A DNA stretch of 13,940 nucleotides from Armatimonadota bacterium (GCA_037446215.1 JBBIJB010000061.1:1-13940), one strand, 5' to 3'. Shown: positions 1-7,262, numbered from the stretch's first letter. Notes: a model not told the origin generated them from the letters alone. Program-made: numbers and translations.

Positions 1-2
1 TC

Positions 3-380
3 AAGATGGAGAAGAAGGCAAGGGCCGGCGCGGAGTTCTTCCAGACGCAGGCGGTGTTTGACCCCGAGCGGTTCGCCGAGTTCGTGAGAGCAACCCGCCA
101 CATCGGCAAGCCTGTTCTCGCCGGCATCATCCTCCTGAAGTCCGCCGGCATGGCGAGGTTCATGAACAGGAACGTGCCCGGGATACTTGTCCCGGACCGC
201 CTGATCCAGATGATGGAAGGCGCCAAGGACAGGCAGGCCGCAAGCGTCGATATCGCCGCCGGGCTGATTCGGGAGCTGCGCCCGCACTGCCAGGGTATCC
301 ACCTCATGGCGATGGGCTGGGAGCATCTCACCTCGCGCGTCCTGGAGGCCAGCGGCTTGAGGGGGCAGGGGGCTGATTAG
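3..380 (+). CDS. metF: Methylenetetrahydrofolate reductase MetF, C-terminal part (gene starts upstream of the window)
   Basis: Frame is open from the window edge (AAG at 3-5, then MEKKARAGAEFFQTQAVFD...PVLAGIILLKS...NVPGILVPD...GIHLMAMGW). The KxxAGAxFxQTQ and GIHLM motifs are typical of the MTHFR barrel C-terminal half. Stop TAG at 378-380. The C1-folate gene context agrees. Confidence 0.9.
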   Translation, partial: KMEKKARAGAEFFQTQAVFDPERFAEFVRATRHIGKPVLAGIILLKSAGMARFMNRNVPGILVPDRLIQMMEGAKDRQAASVDIAAGLIRELRPHCQGIHLMAMGWEHLTSRVLEASGLRGQGAD

Positions 381-381
381 C

Positions 382-1563
382 ATGACACACGAGGAGCTGC
401 TGGAGCAATCCCCGGTCTTCAAGGGGCTGCCCGGCGAGCTGCGAGCCCTCGTAGCGGCCGTGGGGGTGGAACAGCGCTACAGCCCGGGCCAGCGCGTCTT
501 CCAGGAAGGCGACGACTCGACCCACTTCTACGTGATTGAGGAAGGCCGTGTGGCCCTGGAGATGAACGTCCACGTGGGCAGAGCCGAAGGATCCGGACGG
601 CGGGCCTTCGCCGCCGTGATCGGCCCTACGGAGTCCTTCGGCTGGTCGGCCCTGGTGCCCCCACATACGCGGACCATGTCGGCGCTTGCGATCCAGCCGA
701 CATCGGTCCTGGCGATAGACGGGCAGGCCCTGCAGCGCTTGGTCGCGGACGATGCCGCGGCGGGCGCGATAATATTCGGCCAGCTCTCCGAGCTGATCAG
801 CTCCCGCCTGGAAGAGGCGAGGGCCAAGCTCTGCTTCATCATCTCGCTCGTCTCGCACGAACTGAAGGCCCCGCTCGCGGCGGTGGAGAGCTACCTCCAG
901 GTGATGCTCGGCGGCTACGCGGGCGAGATGTCCGAGAAGCAGCGGGCAATGGTCGGGCGTTGCAGCCACCGCGTTCAGGAGCTCATAGAGCTGATAAACA
1001 GCCTGCTGAGGGTATCGAGGATAGAGACCGGCGATCTCTCGCAGGAGATCAAGCCTGCCGCGCTGGCGACGATAGTGGGCGAGGCGATGGAGAACGTGGG
1101 GCCGGCTGCGGCGATCAAGGGGATAGCCCTGCGCGATCGGATTCCGGACGGCCTCCCGCTCCTCCCGCTGGCGCCTCTAAGGATCCAGGAGACGATCACG
1201 AATCTGCTGGACAACGCCGTCAAGTTCACCCCATCGGCGGGCACGGTCGAGATCCTGGCATCCGACCATCCCGACTTCGTCGAGGTCGAGGTGGTTGATA
1301 CGGGAATAGGGATCCCGCTCGAGGAGCAGCCCAGGATCTTCGACGAGTTCTATCGGGGTGAGAAGGCGGACGCCAAGGGACTAGGCCTGGGCCTCGCGCT
1401 CGTTAAGAAGATTGTAGAGGCGCACGGGGGCCGCATCTGGGTCGAGAGCCCTCCCAGCGGAAGGACGGTTGGCACCGCCTTCCACTTCACCCTGTGGAAG
1501 TCCGGCTCCGGAAGGGCTCCCGGCTCGAAGAACTCGAAGCCCGGCAGGGTGGAGGCGGCCTGA
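382..1563 (+). CDS. Soluble sensor histidine kinase: cNMP-binding (Crp-like) domain + HisKA/DHp + HATPase_c, 393 aa
   Basis: cNMP fold (VFQEGDDSTHFYVIEEGRV; ESFGWSAL). H-box SHELKAPL (His codon 856-858), N-box NLLDNAVKFT, G1 DTGIGIP, F-box IFDEF, G2 GLGLGLALVKKIVEAHGG. No obvious transmembrane segment. ATG lies 1 nt after the metF stop, with purine-rich AGGGGG at 367-372. Confidence 0.93.
   Translation: MTHEELLEQSPVFKGLPGELRALVAAVGVEQRYSPGQRVFQEGDDSTHFYVIEEGRVALEMNVHVGRAEGSGRRAFAAVIGPTESFGWSALVPPHTRTMSALAIQPTSVLAIDGQALQRLVADDAAAGAIIFGQLSELISSRLEEARAKLCFIISLVSHELKAPLAAVESYLQVMLGGYAGEMSEKQRAMVGRCSHRVQELIELINSLLRVSRIETGDLSQEIKPAALATIVGEAMENVGPAAAIKGIALRDRIPDGLPLLPLAPLRIQETITNLLDNAVKFTPSAGTVEILASDHPDFVEVEVVDTGIGIPLEEQPRIFDEFYRGEKADAKGLGLGLALVKKIVEAHGGRIWVESPPSGRTVGTAFHFTLWKSGSGRAPGSKNSKPGRVEAA
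636..659 (+). repeat. Copy 1 of a 24-nt near-identical segment (CTTCGGCTGGTCGGCsCTGGTGCC) shared with 1816-1839; trace of cNMP-DHp duplication
   Basis: 23/24 nt identical to 1816-1839 and in the same codon phase; both encode FGWSALVP. Confidence 0.85.
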
Positions 1564-1564
1564 C

Positions 1565-2200
1565 GTGATTGTGCGCGAGGCGCTAGATCGCTGCATCCTG
1601 TTCGGGGGCCTCACCCCATCGGCCCGCGAGCTCGTGGCCTCGCTCGGCTCGGTGGAGTCCTACCAGGCAGGGCAGCGGGTGTTCTCGGAGGGCGACGAGG
1701 CCGCATCGTTCTGCGTGGTTCATTCCGGACGGATTGCCCTCGAGATGGGGGTGACTGCTCCGGAAGAGGATCTGCCGCGTGCGGCAGTCGTCGCGGTGCT
1801 CGGTCCGGGGGAGAGCTTCGGCTGGTCGGCGCTGGTGCCTCCTTTCTTGCTCACGCTCTCCGCCGTTTGCGTCGAGCCCACGACTCTGGTCTCGATCAAC
1901 GGCCCGATGCTGCGGCGACTCATGGCCATCGACTGGGAGATCGGCTATCCGGTCATGTCCGGGCTCGTGGACCTGATCGAGTCGCGGATGTCCCAGATAC
2001 GCGCGCGCCTGGCGCAGATCCACTCCGTGGCCGCGCACGATCTGCGCTCACCCGCGGTGAGGGTGGCCGACTACCTGGAGGCCATGCTCGCGGGGTCTGC
2101 AGGCGATCTCACGGGAGATCAGCGCCACATACTCGAGCGTTGCCGCGAGAGGCTCGCGGATCAGATTGAGAAGCTGAACCGTGTGCTGCATGTGCCGGAG
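1565..2200 (+). other. N-terminal cNMP-binding + HisKA/DHp module without HATPase, paralog of the upstream kinase N-terminal half, in frame with HdrL
   Basis: VFSEGDEAASFCVVHSGRI and ESFGWSALVPP (cNMP fold). AHDLRSP H-box with His at 2036-2038. Colinear with kinase residues about 1-212. No stop codon before the HdrA Rossmann motif. Confidence 0.85.
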
Positions 2201-5200
2201 GACGCGGCAGGCGCGGCCCCGGCGGCGCTGGATCAGCGGCAACTCAGGGAGGGAGGGGGCTCCGAGGTCGGCAGTGGCGACTCGGAGCGCCGGACGATGG
2301 TGACTGTGGAGCACGATGGCGAGCGCCGCGATCAGGCCCGGGCTCCGGTCGGGGCGGCGATGGTCGTGGGCGGCGGCATAGCGGGAATCCAGGCCGCCCT
2401 GGACCTGGCCGACGCGGGAGTGAAGGTCTACATGGTGGAGCGCGGCCCCGCGATCGGCGGTCGCATGGCCACGCTGGACAAGACGTTCCCTACGAACGAC
2501 TGTGCGATGTGCATCCTCTCCCCGAAGCTCTCCAGCGTCGGCAGGCATCCCAATATCGAGATGCTGACGCTTGCCGAGCTCCACAGCCTGGAGGGTTCGG
2601 CGGGTGAGTTCGTTGCAACGGTGAGGAGGCGCCCGCGCTTTGTCGACCCGAGCAGGTGTACCTCCTGCGGCGACTGCGCCGCCGTCTGCCCTGTCCGGGT
2701 GCCGAGCGAGTTCAACGCCGGGCTCGCCGACCGCACCGCCATATTCAAATCCTATGCCCAGGCGGTCCCGGGCGCCTTCTCAATAGACAAGCGCGGGGTT
2801 GCGCCGTGTCGTGACGCCTGTCCGATCCACCAGCGTGCCCAGGGATACGTGGCCCTGGTGGCACAGGGCCGCTTCGAGGAAGCCTTCAGGGTCATCCGGA
2901 GGGAGAATCCGTTCCCGGCAATCTGCGGCCGCGTGTGCAACCACAGGTGTGAGGAGGCATGCTCGAGGGGGCAGCTCGACGGTCCTGTCTCGGTTGCGGC
3001 TCTCAAGCGCTTCGTCGCCGATTGGGCCTACGCCCGTCCGCGCGAACCGCTGCCGCCCGCGGAGGTGACCCATCCGGAGGCGGTGGCCGTAATCGGAGCT
3101 GGACCGGCAGGCCTAACCGCGGCGCGCGAGCTGGCACTGGCGGGCTACCGCACCACGGTATTTGAGGCGCTACCCGTGGCGGGCGGGATGATGCGCGTCG
3201 GCATCCCCGAGCACCGGCTCCCGGCTCCAGTCGTCGAGAGGGAGATCGCGGACATCCTCGATCTCGGGGTGGAGATCAGGTACAACAGCAGGGTCGAGCA
3301 TATCAGAGAGCTCTTCGCGCAGGGCTACAGGGCGGTGTTCCTGGCCACTGGAACCCACAGGGCCCGCAGGCTGCCCATCCCCGGGGCGGACCTTCCCGGC
3401 GTACTGACGAGCACCGATGTCCTGCAGGGCAGCCGGTTGGGTCAGCCTCCGGAACTGGGCAGACGTGTTCTGGTTCTAGGCGGAGGGAACGTGGGGATGG
3501 ACGTTGCGCGGGTGTGCGTGCGGCTCGGTGCCGAGGTGCACCTGGCCTGCCCCGAGTCCCGCGACACGATGCCCGCGCACGATTGGGAGGTCGCCGCTGC
3601 GGAGGAAGAGGGAGTCCACATCCATCCCTCGACCGGCTTCGTGCGGGTGGTGGATAGAGACGGCCGCGCGGCTGGGCTCCTCTGCCAGCGGGTACGATCG
3701 ATGCGCTTCGACGAGGCGCGCCGGCTCCACCTGGATATCGAAGAGGGTAGCGAGCACGTAATCGAGGCGGATGCCGTCGTCTTCGCCATCGGCCTGGCGC
3801 CGGACCTGGGCCCGGTCTCCGACCTCCCGGGCACGACAGCCACGCCGTGGGGATCGCTGGCCGTGGACCCCGAGACCCAGTCCGCGGGCTACCCGGGCCT
3901 GTACGCCGGAGGCGATCTCGCCACCGGCACCGCCTTCCTGGTAGATGCCATCGCCGCCGGCCACCGCGCGGCAAGGGCCATCCACGCCTACCTCAGGGGA
4001 GAGGAACTCGAGCCCGAGGCCTCCGCGGCTGTGAGCAAGCCCACGGTCGCCGAGCTGGAGGCCCGGCTCTCCCGCGGAGAGATCCGCATGCAGCCGCGCG
4101 CCTCGTCCCGGGAGCTGCCCGTGGAGGTGCGCCGCGTCTCCTTCGTCGAGGTGGATGAGAGCCTGACCGAGGAGGAGGCCCGTCTGGAGGCCTCCCGCTG
4201 CCTCGCATGTGGGGTCTGTGCGGAGTGCCTGGAGTGCGTGCTGGCATGCCGCCGGGAGGCGATTGACCACGGCGAGGCGGAGCGAATCGAGAGGTTCGAG
4301 GTGGGCGCCGTCGTGCTAACCCCCGGGGTAGAGCCATTCGACGGGGCCCTCGCCGACGCCTACGGGGTGGGGAGGTTCCCGAACGTCCTGACCGGGCCGC
4401 AGTTCGAGCGGATGCTCTCGGCCTCCGGGCCGACGCAGGGACACGTCAGGCGTCCCTCGGACGGAAGCGAGCCCCACAAGATAGCGTTTCTCCAGTGCAT
4501 CGGGAGCAGGGACCAGACCCACCGTTACTGCTCATCCGTCTGCTGCATGTACGCGACCAAGGAGGCGATCCTGGCCCGCGAGCATGCGCCCGGCTCCGAG
4601 TGCACCGTGTACTACGCGGATCTGCGCGCCTTCGGGAAGGGGTTCGACGCGTACATCGAACGCGCCAAGCGTGCGGGAGTGGGCTACGTGCGCACGCGAG
4701 TGGCGGCGCTCAGGGAGGACCCCGGCACACACGCGCTCGCCTTCAGGGTCGAGGAGAATGGTAGTGTTCGCGAGGAGCAAGCAGACCTCGTAGTGCTCTC
4801 CGTGGGACTAACCCCCCCAATGGGAGCGGTGGAGCTGGCCCAGGCGGCCGGGATAGGGCTCGACGAGTACGGCTTCGCCGCCACCTCGGCGCTTGACCCG
4901 CTCCAGTCGTCCCGCCCCGGGGTGTTCGTGGCAGGGGGGTTCAGAGGCCCGAAGGACATCCCGGACTCGGTGATAGAGGGCAGCGGAGCGGCAGCCGCAG
5001 CCATGGGCATCGTGGGCGTCTCGCGTGGCACCAGGATCGTGCCGAAGGAGTACCCGCCCGAGATCGAGACAGGCCCGGAGCCACGCATAGGGGTCTTCAT
5101 CTGCCACTGCGGCTCGAACATCGCCGGAGTGATCGATGTGGCCGGAGTTGCCGATCACGCGCGCCGGCTGCCCGGTGTGACGCTGGCCGAGACCTCGATG

Positions 5201-6763
5201 TACACGTGCTCTGCCGACACGCTCTCCCGGATCAAGGAGGCGATCGCAGAGGAAGGGCTCAACCGGATCATAGTTGCCAGCTGCACTCCTCGCACGCATG
5301 AGCCGATCTTCAGGGAGGCGCTGCGGGAAGCCGGCCTCAACCCTTACCTCTTCGAGATGGCCAACATTCGCGACCAGTGCAGTTGGGTTCACTCCGCCGA
5401 CCCCCGCGGCGCCACAGAGAAGGCCAGGGCGTTGATAGATGCGGCCGTCGCGAGGGCCGGAAGGCTCGCGCCGCTGCACAAGGTGCCCGTCCCAGTGCGT
5501 CACGAGGCCCTGGTGATCGGCGGCGGGGTGGCGGGTCTGGCGGCTGGCCTGAACCTGGCGGAGCAGGGCTTTCCCGTTGTCCTGGTCGAGAAGGAGGCAC
5601 AGCTCGGCGGCCGCCTGCGCTCGCCGCTGCTCTCCTGGGACGGATCGAAGCCGGCGGCGCTGCTCCAAGACCTGGTTGCGCGCACGACGGCCCACCCGCT
5701 CGTCAGGGTGCTCACCGGAGCCACGGTCGTCGAGTCGCACGGCACGCTGGGCAACGTGGAGACCAGGATAGCGACGCCCGGCGGAGAGGAGGTCGTCCGC
5801 CACGGTGCCACCGTGATCGCGACAGGCCTCCAGGAGTGGCGCCCCACGTCGTACGGGGTGGACGAGGACACCCGGGTGCTCACGCTTGCGGAGTTCGAGC
5901 GCCGGCTGAGCGGCACCGCCTCGCCGGACGGTGCGCGCTCGCTGGTCATGATACTGTGCGCCGGGCCGTGGGACAGGATGCCGTTCTACTGCAGCCGGAC
6001 CTGCTGCGCGCAGTCCATGGCGGCGGCGATCGAGTTCAAGAGGGCCAATCCGGGGTCCTCGGTGGCGGTCCTGGCCCGCGAGATCCGGACGTACGGATTC
6101 GCCGAGGAGTTGTTCACGACGGCGAGGCGCGAGGGCGTCAGGGTCTTCCGCTACTCGCCGGAGCGGGCCCCGCGGGTCGAGCGGACGAGCGAGGCGGTCA
6201 CGGTGACCGTCTTCGATCCAGCGGTGGGCGAGGAGATTTCGCTGGCGGCCGACATGCTCGTAGTCTCTCCGGCGCAGGTTCCCTCGGAGGGGTCGTCCGA
6301 CCTGTGCACGGTGTTCAAGGTTCCCACCACGCTGGAGGGCTTCTTCTTGGAGGCCCACGTCAAGCTCCGGCCCGCGGACTTCGCGAGCGAAGGGCTGTTC
6401 CTGTGCGGCGGCGCCCACTACCCGAAGCCGGTCGACGAGGCGGTGGCGCAGGCGCTTGCAGCAGCGGCCCGCGCCAGCACGCTCCTTTGGCGCGACAGCC
6501 TAGAGGTGGGCGGGGTGGTCACCACGGTGGATCGCGACAGGTGCACGACCTGTCTCACCTGCCTCAGGCTGTGCGCCTACGACGCCATCTCGTTTGACAG
6601 CGAGGGAGTGGCCGTGATAGAGGCCACGCGCTGTCAGGGATGCGGGCTGTGCGTGGCGGCCTGCCCGGGCAGCGCGCTGAGCCTGGGTCACTACCGGCGG
6701 GATCAGATGCTCTCCAAGATCGCCGCGCTGCTGGGGCGGCAGGAGGCGTTCCATGTCTCTTGA
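1565..6763 (+). CDS. hdrA: Large HdrA-like flavoprotein (HdrL type: HdrA module with inserted GltD/NfnB-like FAD/NAD(P)H module, plus second HdrA module with C-terminal 2x[4Fe-4S]), with in-frame N-terminal cNMP-DHp module; 1732 aa from GTG 1565 (1488 aa if started at ATG 2297)
   Basis: GTG 1565 has GGAGG at 1551-1555 and is 1 nt after the kinase stop. HdrA module 1: VVGGGIAGIQAALDLA, GGRMATLDKTFPTNDCAMC, CTSCGDCAAVCP, QCIGSRD..YCSSVCCMYATK, GPKDIP. GltD/NfnB insert: APCRDACP..ENPFPAICGRVCNHRCEEAC, IGAGPAGL, LGGGNVGMD, EASRCLACG. HdrA module 2: RIGVFICHCG, ASCTPRTHE, NIRDQCSWVH, IGGGVAG, FLEAHVKLRP, CTTCLTCLRLC, CQGCGLCVAACP. Confidence 0.9.
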   Translation: MIVREALDRCILFGGLTPSARELVASLGSVESYQAGQRVFSEGDEAASFCVVHSGRIALEMGVTAPEEDLPRAAVVAVLGPGESFGWSALVPPFLLTLSAVCVEPTTLVSINGPMLRRLMAIDWEIGYPVMSGLVDLIESRMSQIRARLAQIHSVAAHDLRSPAVRVADYLEAMLAGSAGDLTGDQRHILERCRERLADQIEKLNRVLHVPEDAAGAAPAALDQRQLREGGGSEVGSGDSERRTMVTVEHDGERRDQARAPVGAAMVVGGGIAGIQAALDLADAGVKVYMVERGPAIGGRMATLDKTFPTNDCAMCILSPKLSSVGRHPNIEMLTLAELHSLEGSAGEFVATVRRRPRFVDPSRCTSCGDCAAVCPVRVPSEFNAGLADRTAIFKSYAQAVPGAFSIDKRGVAPCRDACPIHQRAQGYVALVAQGRFEEAFRVIRRENPFPAICGRVCNHRCEEACSRGQLDGPVSVAALKRFVADWAYARPREPLPPAEVTHPEAVAVIGAGPAGLTAARELALAGYRTTVFEALPVAGGMMRVGIPEHRLPAPVVEREIADILDLGVEIRYNSRVEHIRELFAQGYRAVFLATGTHRARRLPIPGADLPGVLTSTDVLQGSRLGQPPELGRRVLVLGGGNVGMDVARVCVRLGAEVHLACPESRDTMPAHDWEVAAAEEEGVHIHPSTGFVRVVDRDGRAAGLLCQRVRSMRFDEARRLHLDIEEGSEHVIEADAVVFAIGLAPDLGPVSDLPGTTATPWGSLAVDPETQSAGYPGLYAGGDLATGTAFLVDAIAAGHRAARAIHAYLRGEELEPEASAAVSKPTVAELEARLSRGEIRMQPRASSRELPVEVRRVSFVEVDESLTEEEARLEASRCLACGVCAECLECVLACRREAIDHGEAERIERFEVGAVVLTPGVEPFDGALADAYGVGRFPNVLTGPQFERMLSASGPTQGHVRRPSDGSEPHKIAFLQCIGSRDQTHRYCSSVCCMYATKEAILAREHAPGSECTVYYADLRAFGKGFDAYIERAKRAGVGYVRTRVAALREDPGTHALAFRVEENGSVREEQADLVVLSVGLTPPMGAVELAQAAGIGLDEYGFAATSALDPLQSSRPGVFVAGGFRGPKDIPDSVIEGSGAAAAAMGIVGVSRGTRIVPKEYPPEIETGPEPRIGVFICHCGSNIAGVIDVAGVADHARRLPGVTLAETSMYTCSADTLSRIKEAIAEEGLNRIIVASCTPRTHEPIFREALREAGLNPYLFEMANIRDQCSWVHSADPRGATEKARALIDAAVARAGRLAPLHKVPVPVRHEALVIGGGVAGLAAGLNLAEQGFPVVLVEKEAQLGGRLRSPLLSWDGSKPAALLQDLVARTTAHPLVRVLTGATVVESHGTLGNVETRIATPGGEEVVRHGATVIATGLQEWRPTSYGVDEDTRVLTLAEFERRLSGTASPDGARSLVMILCAGPWDRMPFYCSRTCCAQSMAAAIEFKRANPGSSVAVLAREIRTYGFAEELFTTARREGVRVFRYSPERAPRVERTSEAVTVTVFDPAVGEEISLAADMLVVSPAQVPSEGSSDLCTVFKVPTTLEGFFLEAHVKLRPADFASEGLFLCGGAHYPKPVDEAVAQALAAAARASTLLWRDSLEVGGVVTTVDRDRCTTCLTCLRLCAYDAISFDSEGVAVIEATRCQGCGLCVAACPGSALSLGHYRRDQMLSKIAALLGRQEAFHVS
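1816..1839 (+). repeat. Copy 2 of the 24-nt segment shared with 636-659
   Basis: CTTCGGCTGGTCGGCGCTGGTGCC versus CTTCGGCTGGTCGGCCCTGGTGCC; offset 1180 nt. Confidence 0.85.
2284..2299 (+). promoter_or_regulatory. Possible internal ribosome-binding site (GGAG 2284-2287) and in-frame ATG 2297 for a stand-alone HdrL
   Basis: GGAG lies 9 nt before an in-frame ATG that precedes the HdrA FAD-binding strand (PVGAAMVVGGG) by about 16 codons. Confidence 0.45.
6741..6746 (+). promoter_or_regulatory. Shine-Dalgarno for mvhD
   Basis: AGGAGG 6 nt upstream of ATG 6753. Confidence 0.8.
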
Positions 6764-7262
6764 TCTCAAGAACCACGCCGCAGAGGCGGAGCAGTCGGCC
6801 GCTTCGGCCGCGGCCGTCGAGATCGTGGCGTTCTGCTGCTTCTACTGCGCCTACGCAGCCGCAGACCTGGCAGGTGTGATGCGCCTCACCTATCCGCCGA
6901 ACGTCAAGGTGGTGCTGCTGCCCTGCACGGGTGGGGTCGACCCTCTCTACATCCTGAGGGCGTTCGAGGCCGGCGCCGACGGCGTCTTCGTGGCAGGATG
7001 CCTGGAGGGGCAGTGCCACTACCAGGTCGGCAACTACCAGGCGAAGAGCAGGGTGCGCTACCTCAAGAAGCAGCTCGACGAGGCGGGCATAGGGGGCGAG
7101 CGGCTCGAGATGTTCAACCTCTCGTCGGCGCAGGGCCCGAGGTTCGCCGAGGTCGCCCGCGAGATGACAGAGAGGGTGTCGGAGCTCGGCCTCTCTCCGC
7201 TGAGGAAGGCCCGGGCCCGCGGGGCGGCGCCGGCGGCCCCTACGGAGGAGAACAATGGCTGA
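6753..7262 (+). CDS. mvhD: MvhD/FlpD [2Fe-2S] subunit (methyl-viologen-reducing hydrogenase delta family), 169 aa
   Basis: IVAFCCFYCAYAAADLAG, LLPCTGGVDP, AFEAGADGVFVAGCLEGQCHY..GN, ERLEM, LGLSPL. Overlaps the hdrA stop by 11 nt. Confidence 0.95.
   Translation: MSLDLKNHAAEAEQSAASAAAVEIVAFCCFYCAYAAADLAGVMRLTYPPNVKVVLLPCTGGVDPLYILRAFEAGADGVFVAGCLEGQCHYQVGNYQAKSRVRYLKKQLDEAGIGGERLEMFNLSSAQGPRFAEVAREMTERVSELGLSPLRKARARGAAPAAPTEENNG

Noticed and set aside
6..380. ORF-track 124-aa protein as a complete gene
   Set aside because: The frame is open to the window edge and the sequence matches only the C-terminal part of MetF, so ATG 6 is most likely an internal Met.
1469..1564. ORF-track start at 1469 for the large ORF
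   Set aside because: It would overlap the kinase 3' end by 95 nt with non-homologous sequence. GTG 1565 has a GGAGG SD and aligns with the start of the paralogous kinase.
2247..2277. G-quadruplex in the linker G-tract
   Set aside because: There are only three runs of at least 3 G, and two-tier G4 patterns are ubiquitous at this GC content.
2801..4210. Separate glutamate synthase small subunit (gltD) or nfnB gene
   Set aside because: It is an in-frame insert within the HdrA ferredoxin domain, and no gltB or nfnA partner is present in the window.
4808..6418. 536-aa minus-strand ORF
   Set aside because: Antisense shadow of hdrL with no recognisable motifs; long stop-free antisense frames are expected in high-GC coding DNA.
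6753..7262. Selenocysteine in MvhD or HdrA, or a [NiFe]-hydrogenase implied by mvhD
   Set aside because: All ligand positions are TGC/TGT with no in-frame TGA, and no mvhA/mvhG genes occur in the window.
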